A stretch of 64,000 bases of DNA from a virus: IMG/VR virus record IMGVR_UViG_3300048080_000202, positions 1,859 to 65,858 of that record; one strand, given 5' to 3'. Both the position numbers and the translations under genes were made by a program. Shown piece after piece: positions 9,639 to 18,352 of this stretch (positions within the stretch are counted from its first letter, which is position 1; the number at the start of each line of letters is the position of its first letter). Under the pieces are notes generated by a model, which worked only from the letters and a program-made list of their open reading frames with translations, had not been told where the DNA came from and searched no databases.

Positions 9639-10183
9639 ATTCTATTTCCTGTGGGAGTTCCCTTCCCATTAAGCCACCACACAACGGATTCCCAGCAATA
9701 TCGAATGAGTTTCATGGAGGTGTCAAAAAGGATTTCGTCGGTTTCATCATCTAATTTCTTTAGTTCTTTGTTATCTTTGAATAAACTTCCATTGATATAA
9801 GTATAGACCACAAGAGTGGATTCTTGTACTTGGATATCAATTCTAAAGTCTTCAAGATTATAGAAAAGTTGAACGATACTTTTTTCATCCACGCCCACAA
9901 CCTTGTCTGCAATGAACTTCGTGAATTTATCCATTCGTTGGGTGATGAATTCCCCTTCTTTCTTTTCAAACTTTCGCTGCTTCGAGCCGTGGGACATGGT
10001 GGCAGCAGGGAGGTTGATACTCCAGGAGTCTGCTTTGGGTGGAAGGGACTTCTCGTTGTCATCGAATTCCTGTGTGGACCATTCGAGGAGTTGGAAGTCA
10101 GGGAGATAGTGTATGGTGGTTATGTGAGGATGGGATTGGGCAAAGAGTCCAGTGGAGAATAAGAAGTATATTAGGAATTTCAT
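9635..10183 (-). CDS. Secreted hypothetical protein
   Basis: Signal peptide 'MKFLIYFLFSTGLFAQ'; C-terminal 'RYCWESVVWWLNGKG'. Confidence 0.6.
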   Translation of the reverse strand: MKFLIYFLFSTGLFAQSHPHITTIHYLPDFQLLEWSTQEFDDNEKSLPPKADSWSINLPAATMSHGSKQRKFEKKEGEFITQRMDKFTKFIADKVVGVDEKSIVQLFYNLEDFRIDIQVQESTLVVYTYINGSLFKDNKELKKLDDETDEILFDTSMKLIRYCWESVVWWLNGKGTPTGNRI

Positions 10184-12198
10184 GTAGATACCTTGGGGGA
10201 CCTAGCAGCAGCGGCCTTTGCCTTCATAAGTTCAATCTCCGCTTCTTTCTTTTCCAATTCAAGTTCTGCAAGACGCTGTTGGAACTGCGCTTGCTGTGCT
10301 TCAGCCTGCGCCTTCGCTTGCTCCTGCTGCTGGCGCAGCGCCATGTCGATCATCGCAACCTGTTGAGCCATTTGCTCAGGGGCGAGTTTTTCAGCTTGCA
10401 TCGCGGCTTTGTTGGCTTCGATGGTGGCGGGCTCGGCGAGGATCTTCTCAATATCTCGGATACCCGGACGAAATGCTTCCATGATGCGACGAAGGAGTTC
10501 AGATTGATTGATATAGGGTGCCCAAGCTTCGGAGTTCTGTCCAATGATATTCATGAACTGAGTGAGATTCTGAAGCATCTCGGCTTTTTCAAGCTGGCCG
10601 GAGATCCCGGAGACTTTAATCTCATAGTCTCCTTGAATCATTTCTTGGATCTCTTCCTTGGTCATGCCACGGAGAACCTCGGCACCCTGGCCGAGGATAG
10701 AGGCAATTCGGGGATCGGAGTTTGTGTCGATGAATTGGAAGATCAATTCCCAAGCCATTTCAAGCATGGGCTTGAGGCCTTGTTCTTCGATATCCACCGC
10801 CATGTTGCCGAAGAAGGATTGGGAGTTGTCGTTTTTGATCTCGATCTCAGCAGCGGTCTGGGCTCCGCGAAAGCGAGGGAGGGCTTGTTGGATCTCGGAG
10901 ACTAAGGCTCCTTCTTGGTGGGCGCGGTCAAGCTGACCGGCGACCTGCACAGTGCCGGAGGAGATGTCCTCAAAAGTGATTGGTGTAAGTCCTTGTATGC
11001 CTGCTCCAGCCTGGGTGCGCCGGAATATCTTGCCAGGATGCAAGCCTGTTTCAAAGTCCTCGGGATTTTCATAAACATCAAGCGGTACCTCAAATACCGG
11101 CAGTAACCGGAACAGCAGGGTGTCCATCGAGAGATTGGCGAGTTTGTTGATGGCTCGGTCCACGCTTCGGACATTCTCAATGAGTCCCACACCTTCGGTG
11201 CGGAAGGGGAGGGAGAGGGGAGAGAATCCAATGTATGGAGCCTTGCGATGGAGATAGGGGTTGCGATCAACGAGTAGGGGAATGTCTCCCGCGAGAATCA
11301 CATGAGCATACTTCTCAATCACACGATTATTTTTAACAAGAGGGCCGTAGTATTCCGTGAGCTTGATCATGTCCACGTCGTTAGGAGTGGACGTGGGGGC
11401 GGGGGGTTCATCAAACCGAAATCGCCGACGATCTTGATCGGGGTTGATACGAGAGGTGGAGGCTTTTTCTACAACTTCGGCATCCAGGATTCCCTTCTCT
11501 ACCATGTCCCAGAGTTCCCATTTGGGGATCTCGATTTCTTCGAGGGTGCCAACCCATTGGTTGAGCTTGGAACCGGGGAGCCAATAGAAGTTGTATGGGT
11601 CCACGGCTCGGATGAACAAACGACCTTCCAGGATATCCTGTTGAATGAGTTGACGGCCCATTACGGGTTGACCGTTAGGACCCATCTGAGGCACTTGCTG
11701 CACCTGCGTCACTGTACGGGGCACCAGTCCCCACCACATTTTCCATACCCCAAGACCCATAATGAATCCACACTCAAGACCCTCGGAGAAGGATTCCTTG
11801 TATTTCGCCATGTCCATGAAGACTCTGACAAGATCGGTGGATTGCTGGGAGCGAGTCTGACCCGCCAGGTCGTCGGGATTGATGGGTTCGAAAGACCAGG
11901 GGTTGGGAGATGAAGAAAGAAGTCGTTTGATAACGTTTGTGGCTTGCTTGACGCTGTTCCAAGACTTCGGTATAATAAGCTTGCTTTGCCAGTCTTCTTT
12001 GTCTGTCCAATCCTCCACACCCCGATAGAGTTGCCAGCATTCGTCCCAGAGGTTCACCTTTTGGCGGCGGTTGTTTCGAAGGGTGCTCTTCCAAGAGAGA
12101 ATTTGAGTTTTGACTTCCTCGGGGGTTAGGGGGATTTCAGAATTGCTGGATTTAGCAAAATCTGCGGGGATGGCCGCCGAGAGCGAGGTGGTAGACAT
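10180..12198 (-). CDS. Portal protein
   Basis: 672 aa between terminase and scaffold/capsid; 'LIIPKSWNSV', 'GFIMGLGVWKMWW', 'RAVDPYNFY' and a coiled-coil Gln-rich C-terminus, as in P22/N4-like portals. Confidence 0.9.
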   Translation of the reverse strand: MSTTSLSAAIPADFAKSSNSEIPLTPEEVKTQILSWKSTLRNNRRQKVNLWDECWQLYRGVEDWTDKEDWQSKLIIPKSWNSVKQATNVIKRLLSSSPNPWSFEPINPDDLAGQTRSQQSTDLVRVFMDMAKYKESFSEGLECGFIMGLGVWKMWWGLVPRTVTQVQQVPQMGPNGQPVMGRQLIQQDILEGRLFIRAVDPYNFYWLPGSKLNQWVGTLEEIEIPKWELWDMVEKGILDAEVVEKASTSRINPDQDRRRFRFDEPPAPTSTPNDVDMIKLTEYYGPLVKNNRVIEKYAHVILAGDIPLLVDRNPYLHRKAPYIGFSPLSLPFRTEGVGLIENVRSVDRAINKLANLSMDTLLFRLLPVFEVPLDVYENPEDFETGLHPGKIFRRTQAGAGIQGLTPITFEDISSGTVQVAGQLDRAHQEGALVSEIQQALPRFRGAQTAAEIEIKNDNSQSFFGNMAVDIEEQGLKPMLEMAWELIFQFIDTNSDPRIASILGQGAEVLRGMTKEEIQEMIQGDYEIKVSGISGQLEKAEMLQNLTQFMNIIGQNSEAWAPYINQSELLRRIMEAFRPGIRDIEKILAEPATIEANKAAMQAEKLAPEQMAQQVAMIDMALRQQQEQAKAQAEAQQAQFQQRLAELELEKKEAEIELMKAKAAAARSPKVST

Positions 12199-12209
12199 GG
12201 GGTGATATT

Positions 12210-12220
12210 ATTGTAGCACA
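12210..12220 (-). promoter_or_regulatory. Extended -10 promoter-like motif TGTGCTACAAT upstream of the portal gene
   Basis: Identical to 5682-5692; 11 nt upstream of the portal ATG. Confidence 0.55.
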
Positions 12221-12236
12221 GAATGGAAGATTGTGC

Positions 12237-13100
12237 TCACTTTCTCCACCATTTTGACATATTGGGGAGATTGATGTTTCGGACCTTGAAGGTTGGCTGG
12301 GAGTTGAAGAAGTACTTGGCGTCATCCAAGGAGTGATTGTCCTTGTCTTGCATTTGTTCGCGATAGGACTTGGTGAGGGCTTGGCGCTCGGACATGGACA
12401 CATAGACTGTGGTTTCGAACTCCCGGATTTGATTCGGGCAGCAATCGAAGATGCAGAATAGGGGGTCTTTTTTGTCGAGGTCCCGCCAGAGGTCGTGGAT
12501 TTTGGCGATGAATGCTTGTTCATCTTGAATTCCCCTGATCATCTTGCGGACCCCGCAGTCCCACAGGAGTTGGTGAATAGAGGTGACGTTACCCTCGCGG
12601 GTTTGTTGGGTGGGGGACCAAAGGTTGGGATCGGCGGCGACATACTTGAGTTGATGCCAGTATGGGCACCCTAGGAGCTTCTGGGAGAACTCGGAGATGT
12701 TTGTACAGGGCTCGAAGAGTTCCCATATGCTGTAGATCACCTTGTCGAGCATGGTATAGACGTGGAAGCTGGAGGGATTTCGGGCACCGAAGTCGAATCC
12801 CCCCCAACAGGGGTGATTGCCAGGGATAGTGGGGTAGGGGTCCTTCACCACGATCTTGTCTTTGTTTGGCCCGAGTTCTGGGAAGATCTTCTCCCCCATC
12901 ATGGCAAAGTATTCGATTTCATACTCACGTGCCCATTTGGCGGGGGAGAGCCCGGCGCGGGCTTCCTTGATCCACTCGGGGTCACGTTTGCTGGGGTTTG
13001 CTGTGAAGTGTAATGTGCAAACGCAAAATTGATTCTTTGGATTCTTCCGAATCGTAAGACCCGTGGATTGGTGGAGGATTTCCGGGGCGGGGCTGCTCAT
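12237..13100 (-). CDS. terL: Terminase large subunit, C-terminal nuclease part
   Basis: 'HFTANPSKRDPEW...WAREYEIEY', RNase H-fold 'GGFDFGARNPSS' and 'DKDNHSLDDAKY'; no Walker motifs; directly upstream of the portal gene. Confidence 0.85.
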   Translation of the reverse strand: MSSPAPEILHQSTGLTIRKNPKNQFCVCTLHFTANPSKRDPEWIKEARAGLSPAKWAREYEIEYFAMMGEKIFPELGPNKDKIVVKDPYPTIPGNHPCWGGFDFGARNPSSFHVYTMLDKVIYSIWELFEPCTNISEFSQKLLGCPYWHQLKYVAADPNLWSPTQQTREGNVTSIHQLLWDCGVRKMIRGIQDEQAFIAKIHDLWRDLDKKDPLFCIFDCCPNQIREFETTVYVSMSERQALTKSYREQMQDKDNHSLDDAKYFFNSQPTFKVRNINLPNMSKWWRK

Positions 13101-13210
13101 CTATCACTCATATATTGTTGGCACTTGCACTTCTTACAAGCCTTCATGTTTTCATGATCGCTAGGATAGTGTTTACAAATGCAGTTTTGAGTATAAGTGT
13201 TTTTAGTCAC
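13097..13210 (-). CDS. 37-aa Cys/His zinc-finger microprotein
   Basis: Manual translation MTKNTYTQNCICKHYPSDHENMKACKKCKCQQYMSDR; its stop overlaps the TerL-nuclease ATG (ATGA). Confidence 0.6.
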   Translation of the reverse strand: MTKNTYTQNCICKHYPSDHENMKACKKCKCQQYMSDR

Positions 13211-14021
13211 CCAAGCACCTCTCCATAATCACCTTGAGATTCTCCTCCGTAACCTTCTCCCCGCCCTCAACCTCAAGTTGATTCTTACCATCAGGTGGAG
13301 TGCATATCATGTTGAAACTCGCTTGGGGGCCAAAGACGTTGGTGGGGTTTTTGAAAAAGTTATCTTCTGAGAATAGATTGGCGATGTGCCAGAAGCAGGT
13401 GTAGTCCAGGGAGGTGAGGGCTTGCCACAACGCTATTGCCTTTTTCTTGCGGTCATTCTCCACAAACAGAATCGGCTTGTGTTTGGAAATGGTTTCCGTT
13501 CCCCCCTTTAACACTTCCATTTCCATCCCTTCCACATCAATCTTTGCGAAACGAAGCGGGAGGGGGAATTCCAGATCATCAAGACGAACTTGTGGGATGA
13601 GGAGATTTTTCCATGCTCCTTTCTCTCCAACCTCTACACGCCCGTAGTTATACTGTTGATCATATCCCTCGAAGTCTGGGATCGAGACCATGGATTTCTC
13701 CGCTCCCACCGCGACATTCATCACCCTGACACTCACGTTGTTGATTGTGGCGTTGGCGGCGATCAATCGAGCGAAGTCGGGCTGAGGTTCGAAAGCCCAC
13801 ACCCTGCCCTCACGCCCCACACTGTGGGCCATGGGAATTGTTAGGCTTCCGAGATTCGCGCCGATATCGAGGGCGAGATCTCCGGGGCGGAGGATCTGGG
13901 AGAAGAAATTTACCTCGGGTTCGGAGTATTCACCGTAGGTGCGCAGGCTGCGACCGACGATATCGTCGGATGAGGGGAAAAACATGTGGCCGTGACGGCA
14001 CTTCAAGAGTTCGAGTTTCAT
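13203..14021 (-). CDS. FkbM-family SAM methyltransferase
   Basis: 'LDIGANLG', 'AFEPQP' and 'FAKIDVEGMEMEVLKG'. Confidence 0.9.
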   Translation of the reverse strand: MKLELLKCRHGHMFFPSSDDIVGRSLRTYGEYSEPEVNFFSQILRPGDLALDIGANLGSLTIPMAHSVGREGRVWAFEPQPDFARLIAANATINNVSVRVMNVAVGAEKSMVSIPDFEGYDQQYNYGRVEVGEKGAWKNLLIPQVRLDDLEFPLPLRFAKIDVEGMEMEVLKGGTETISKHKPILFVENDRKKKAIALWQALTSLDYTCFWHIANLFSEDNFFKNPTNVFGPQASFNMICTPPDGKNQLEVEGGEKVTEENLKVIMERCLGD

Positions 14022-14494
14022 AGTTTAACCAGCTTGCATCGACGAATAATTTCAGATGTGGAGAGACTTTTCTTCGGGCGATGGACAAAGAACTTTGGGA
14101 TTTTGAAACGACTGTCGTGCTCAAGATGATCTTCGCCTTGAATGCGGAAGTCAGGCTTCAACCCCGCTATTAACAACCTCATGTCTTCTTCCGCTGTGAT
14201 CTCCACCACAAAGTGGACATCCAGAAACCCCAATGCCGCTGCACGCTCAGAGAAGCACATCACCGGCCTGCCGACTCCTTTGGAGTCATTGATCTTGCGG
14301 TCGCTGTCGAGGGCTACCACCACAGTTTTCGCCCGAGCTTGCGCCTGGCGGATACACCGCATGTGGCCGGGATGGAGGAGATCGAAGGCTCCGTTGAGGA
14401 GACACACTGGATGTGCTAGCCCTACGGGCCAGAGATCTGTGGGACGCATCCACTCAGTCTGGGGCTCTTGTTCTACCCTGATAACTTTAGACAC
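14018..14494 (-). CDS. rfaE2: Heptose-1-phosphate adenylyltransferase-like (HldE domain II, cytidylyltransferase fold)
   Basis: 'NGAFDLLHPGH' (HxGH), 'VALDSDRKINDSKGVGRPV' and C-terminal 'LSTSEII'. Confidence 0.8.
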   Translation of the reverse strand: MSKVIRVEQEPQTEWMRPTDLWPVGLAHPVCLLNGAFDLLHPGHMRCIRQAQARAKTVVVALDSDRKINDSKGVGRPVMCFSERAAALGFLDVHFVVEITAEEDMRLLIAGLKPDFRIQGEDHLEHDSRFKIPKFFVHRPKKSLSTSEIIRRCKLVKL

Positions 14495-14603
14495 GCGGTT
14501 TCACAGCCATTTCTCCCCAACAACTGTCGTAGTGCTTCTGTGCGTGCTCCCACTTCACGAATTCTTTGCAATAGACACAGGTGAAACCGTAGCAATTAGT
14601 CAT
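14487..14603 (-). CDS. 38-aa Cys/His microprotein
   Basis: MTNCYGFTCVYCKEFVKWEHAQKHYDSCWGEMAVKPRV; the start overlaps the HNH stop. Confidence 0.5.
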   Translation of the reverse strand: MTNCYGFTCVYCKEFVKWEHAQKHYDSCWGEMAVKPRV

Positions 14604-15042
14604 GGTTAGCCGTATACGGTGATTTCTTATGCGGACAAATTCCTTTATTTGCGTGCTTGCCCCAGTTGCAGTTTGCACACAGAACTTGGAATCCTGACGG
14701 AAAATTATTTTTGATTAACCAACTGCACATATGTTTGGTAGAACGGGTTTTTCCTTTTAACTGTCTTCGATGTTCTGCCCCATTATTATTGATGTGATCA
14801 ATTGAAAGAAACTTGTAGTTGTCCTCACCACAACAAGCACAGAATGCTCCACCGTATGCTTCGTATACTATTCTCTTACGGTTTTCGTAACTTTTCGCGT
14901 GTTTCTCATTATCATAAACCACGCACTCAATACATCGGCAGGTACTTGGTCCATTGAGGGGTATGCCACAATCTACACACAAACCCGCTTCTTTTCTAGC
15001 AGCGCGCCGTTTCTTCATCCATTTAGTACATCTATCAGGCAT
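14596..15042 (-). CDS. HNH endonuclease
   Basis: 'CACCGE...LSIDHINNNG...FQVLCANCNWGK' with an intact HNH His. Confidence 0.85.
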   Translation of the reverse strand: MPDRCTKWMKKRRAARKEAGLCVDCGIPLNGPSTCRCIECVVYDNEKHAKSYENRKRIVYEAYGGAFCACCGEDNYKFLSIDHINNNGAEHRRQLKGKTRSTKHMCSWLIKNNFPSGFQVLCANCNWGKHANKGICPHKKSPYTANHD

Positions 15043-15046
15043 ACAA

Positions 15047-15908
15047 TTATCCCTCTATAATCGTATCTGTTGAGTCACGACAGACATGGTAAAAAAAGCC
15101 CAAATTTGCTGTACTAATCATTGTACACCTACCACCATTTTGTATAGATGGTTTAATAGCAGCAAAGGCTTCTCCCGCTTCTATTTGGAAAGCAGCTTCG
15201 TCAAAGAAACACCGCAGATGGGTGATATTGACGAATTTGGTCGGGGCCTTGAGGAAATCCAAGGATCTGACTGCTATTCGCAACACTTAATACCCCACTC
15301 CGGCTTTGTCCGAGAGTGTATTCTGTCTTAGTATAGTTTCGTAAAAACTTAGGTTGATGCTTTGCTATGAAGTCTGCTCGTTCAACCAGTTCTGCTGTTT
15401 TGGTAGAATCGTCTGACTGGAAAATTACTTGCCGTCCTTCATGATACATGACTTCCCAAGCGTAAAGTGTCACCACCAGCCACGTGGCCATCATGTCGCG
15501 GCTCTTCTCCAGTGCCAGAAGGGGATACTTCAGCCATGCTTCAATAATGGGAATCATGTAATCATAGAGTGGAAACGCTCGGGTACTCGGAAGCTCCAAG
15601 AAACTACTCCGGAGAAGTGAGGTAGGGGCATCCAGAATATCGTGACGACGAAGAAGGTGATCTCCCAGCTTGCTGAAGGTGTGGGTGTTGTTGTCGTTGC
15701 AGGTTTTGCACACATACATTGGATGGGGGTCTTGGGTGTAGACATAGGGGATTCCCGCGTGCCGTGAGGCATCGAGCCAATAGAAGATGTCATCTTGGCA
15801 TTTTTCCCATTCGGATTTGCCGAGGAGCCGAAGGAACCCAGCGGCTTTGCCCTTCGGGACTTTGGCGATGGACTCTAGAAGCTCTTTGGAGATGGAGATA
15901 TCAGTCAT
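15047..15908 (-). CDS. terL: Terminase large subunit ATPase part, needing a +1 frameshift at 15200-15206 (235 + 51 aa)
   Basis: Frame 1 has the degenerate Walker A 'LEKSRDMMATW' and ends 'HPSAVFL*'. The +1 frame continues 'DEAAFQ...MISTAN' (Walker B and coupling motif). Confidence 0.8.
15200..15215 (-). other. prfB-type +1 programmed frameshift cassette GCGGTG-TTT-CTT-TGA-C
   Basis: Exact CTT TGA C slippery/stop site with an SD-like hexamer 3 nt upstream, the same geometry as prfB. Confidence 0.7.
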
Positions 15909-16276
15909 TAGAATCGGCGGGATTCCTCAAGGCGTTCTACATCGTCATTTTTGTGATGTGTGGAAAATTCCACCATCAATGCAGAAGTGGCTTCGAAGTT
16001 GCTGAACCTATGCCAGCTTCCCGCAGGGATATCAACACAATCCTTCGCCCATCCCCGAAGAATATGAGTCTCTCCTTCAAGTTCCACTTGAATCAATCCT
16101 TCGAGACAGAGGAAGGTTTCGGACTTGAATATATGACGATGAAGGCTACTTTGGGACATCGGGAGGATTTCAAACAACTTCCCACAATAATCTTTGTTAA
16201 CGACGTAAAATTCAGTTCCCCAAATTTTACGTTCGATCTTTCGGCCTGCTTCGACGTATGATTTTTCGATATTCAT
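15908..16276 (-). CDS. Cupin-domain protein (sugar isomerase/epimerase-like)
   Basis: 'SSLHRHIFKSETF' and 'DIPAGSWHRF' cupin motifs; follows the heptose kinase gene. Confidence 0.8.
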   Translation of the reverse strand: MNIEKSYVEAGRKIERKIWGTEFYVVNKDYCGKLFEILPMSQSSLHRHIFKSETFLCLEGLIQVELEGETHILRGWAKDCVDIPAGSWHRFSNFEATSALMVEFSTHHKNDDVERLEESRRF

Positions 16277-17009
16277 TCAATTCCTTTATTGTACATGTCG
16301 CTGTCATAGGCTTTCCCACCACGACAGCAGACGCTAGGGATGCGAACTCCATAGCATCACTGCGAGGCCAGCGAACAGCAAACCCAGCGCTAAAAGTGTC
16401 TCCAGCACCGGATACCGATACAGGCGACATATTAAAAGCCTCCACATGTTCGATTTCCTTTCCAAACTCCAACAAACTCGCTCCATGCTCCCCCATTGTC
16501 ACCACACAGCGTTCGAAGAGATCATATTGGCTCTTGAACTCCGCGTATTCCTTGACATTCGGAAAGATCGTGGTGGTCCATCCGAGATACGGTGTGGGAT
16601 CACACTTTGTGTCCACGAATGTGGGGAGGTTCATTTCATATAACGCCAGCAAGACCTCTGGGGTGATGGAGCCCTTGGCATAGTCGGCAATCACAATTCG
16701 ATCGACTTTTTGTTTCTTCATCCATTCCAGATCAAACGGCGGACACGAATCATATTCATCCCAACGAGCAATCTGGTGGCCATCGGCGATCAAACGATTC
16801 TTGATTGGCCCCGTGTGTTCCCATTCCCACCAGGGTTCCACGGAGGCTCCGAGGGCGAGAATATTCATCCCAACATTCCCCGCTCCACCGGGGATTCTCT
16901 TCACATCGTTGATAAGGACAATGGGGATTGGGGATTCGGGGGAGAGCCTAGTGGCGTGGCCAAGGAAGTATAGATCTTGGATTCGGTCACCGATAACTAG
17001 GAATTTCAT
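16227..17009 (-). CDS. rfaE1: Heptose-7-phosphate kinase-like (HldE domain I, PfkB family)
   Basis: 'LVIGD...D.Y..G.ATRLSPESPIP...GGAGNV', 'IADYAKG' and 'SGAGDTF'. Confidence 0.9.
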   Translation of the reverse strand: MKFLVIGDRIQDLYFLGHATRLSPESPIPIVLINDVKRIPGGAGNVGMNILALGASVEPWWEWEHTGPIKNRLIADGHQIARWDEYDSCPPFDLEWMKKQKVDRIVIADYAKGSITPEVLLALYEMNLPTFVDTKCDPTPYLGWTTTIFPNVKEYAEFKSQYDLFERCVVTMGEHGASLLEFGKEIEHVEAFNMSPVSVSGAGDTFSAGFAVRWPRSDAMEFASLASAVVVGKPMTATCTIKELNEYRKIIRRSRPKDRT

Positions 17010-17012
17010 CGT

Positions 17013-17276
17013 TTATCCACTAACATATAAATTACTCGGTGAATCATCAATCCAAATATCTATATGTAGCCCTGCGTTCTTTACATACTCTGCTTTTGCG
17101 CTGCGATTGGTATGAACGGTTTCAATGTTTGGTACTGTTATAATTCCTTGGTTGTTTGGCCCACGTTTGGTGACGCAAACTACTGTGTGCCCGTAAGTTG
17201 TAGCGAGAGCAATAAAATCCTGCCAAAACTTTGGATCGGCTGTGTAGGTGCCATCATAATCAAGAGCAATTGTCAC
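17013..17276 (-). CDS. Small HAD-family phosphatase
   Basis: GTG start at 17276; 'IALDYDGT' (DxD), 'VTKR' and 'IWIDDSP'. Confidence 0.75.
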   Translation of the reverse strand: MTIALDYDGTYTADPKFWQDFIALATTYGHTVVCVTKRGPNNQGIITVPNIETVHTNRSAKAEYVKNAGLHIDIWIDDSPSNLYVSG

Positions 17277-17581
17277 TCCACCTCCTTCACCACATCCCGG
17301 AGGTTTTTCCATGCCCTTTCCACCTCCACCCACTGCTTGCGCTCCCGGATATCAATCACCTGCTTGCGCTCGGCGTTCCCACGTAACCACACCCAGTAAG
17401 AATAATTAAACGCAAAATTGTTGGCTTCTCGCTCGGCGGAACGCAGTGGGGGGACCCCAAGGGTATGGGCCAGGGTCCCCCAAACCACCCCAAGTGCTAG
17501 GAGGCGTAGCAGCACACGAAAGGGATGATGGGGAATCATCGAGGGGGGCTTTCGTGAGCGGGGTGGGAGCGTCAATCGCAA
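17273..17581 (-). CDS. Hypothetical membrane protein
   Basis: Hydrophobic stretch 'VLLRLLALGVVWGTLA'; the true start is probably internal. Confidence 0.45.
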   Translation of the reverse strand: MRLTLPPRSRKPPSMIPHHPFRVLLRLLALGVVWGTLAHTLGVPPLRSAEREANNFAFNYSYWVWLRGNAERKQVIDIRERKQWVEVERAWKNLRDVVKEVE

Positions 17582-17729
17582 GTTCCGTTAATTGCATCCC
17601 AAAGATGGGAGTCTTCGTGTTCAAGGGATTTAATTCTGTCTTGAAGAAATTCAAAACGTATTTGCAGGTCTTCAAGTTGTTCTTGAATTCGAGCTTCGAG
17701 CATCAATAAATCAAGATTCGTGAGTTCTC

Positions 17730-18011
17730 TCATTGTCTCCTCGGATTTTCATTTATTTCAGCATGTCTCACAGGTTGACCCTTTTCGTCGAAGGTAGCAC
17801 AGTGGTTACCTTCAAACACCACTACAAATGGTTGATCGATTGTGGATTCGTCCCACTCCTTTGACTCCACTTGAAAGATTAACATTCGCTGAAGAGTGGT
17901 GCTTATCCCGAATTGTTTGACTTCTCCGTTAATAGGCAGACCAACCCCATTCACGTAGTGAACCATCAATCGATAGATGTCATTTGGTTCGAAGACCAGA
18001 AGTCGGGTCAT
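17730..18011 (-). CDS. Hypothetical protein (paralog of 18353-18568)
   Basis: Shared pattern 'LM..Y.....LP.....L...VES.E'. Confidence 0.6.
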   Translation of the reverse strand: MTRLLVFEPNDIYRLMVHYVNGVGLPINGEVKQFGISTTLQRMLIFQVESKEWDESTIDQPFVVVFEGNHCATFDEKGQPVRHAEINENPRRQ

Positions 18012-18352
18012 AGTTCTTCTTTCGCGCCGAGAATAACTTTTATGGCTTCCTTTTCACACGTTTTCCATCCCGCGTTGAATCCGGCTTCGAAGGCCCCTCG
18101 TCTGCCAAAGAAATAGGAGACAATAGAGGAAGCAACCAATAACACTGCGGAGCCGATAGCGAGATAGTCTTGGGTCATATAATCTTCCAAAGGTGAAGTG
18201 TGCCCTCTGGTGGCCAGTTGTTTCCCGTCTGGGGCCACTCCGCGCTACTCGTTCCCGAGTTTCGGGGCGTTACTCCCTCATCAGGCGTATGACGGGCCAG
18301 ATGTCGTCTGCACAAGGGCACATTGACGACCCACGCTCTAACCTCACCTTTG

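Noticed and set aside
1688-11913. Long plus-strand ORFs (1688-2716, 4799-5773, 6041-7549, 10039-10905, 11302-11913)
   Set aside because: They are antisense shadows of well-supported minus-strand genes, with no motifs of their own.
13100-15047. Group I intron or intein explaining the terminase split
   Set aside because: The gap is filled by five tightly coupled ORFs, I found no P7 or other catalytic-core motifs, and the nuclease half has its own start.
15201-15203. Genome-wide stop-codon reassignment
   Set aside because: Other long genes are intact under code 11 and TGA ends many of them. Readthrough of this TGA would not restore Walker B; only a frameshift does.
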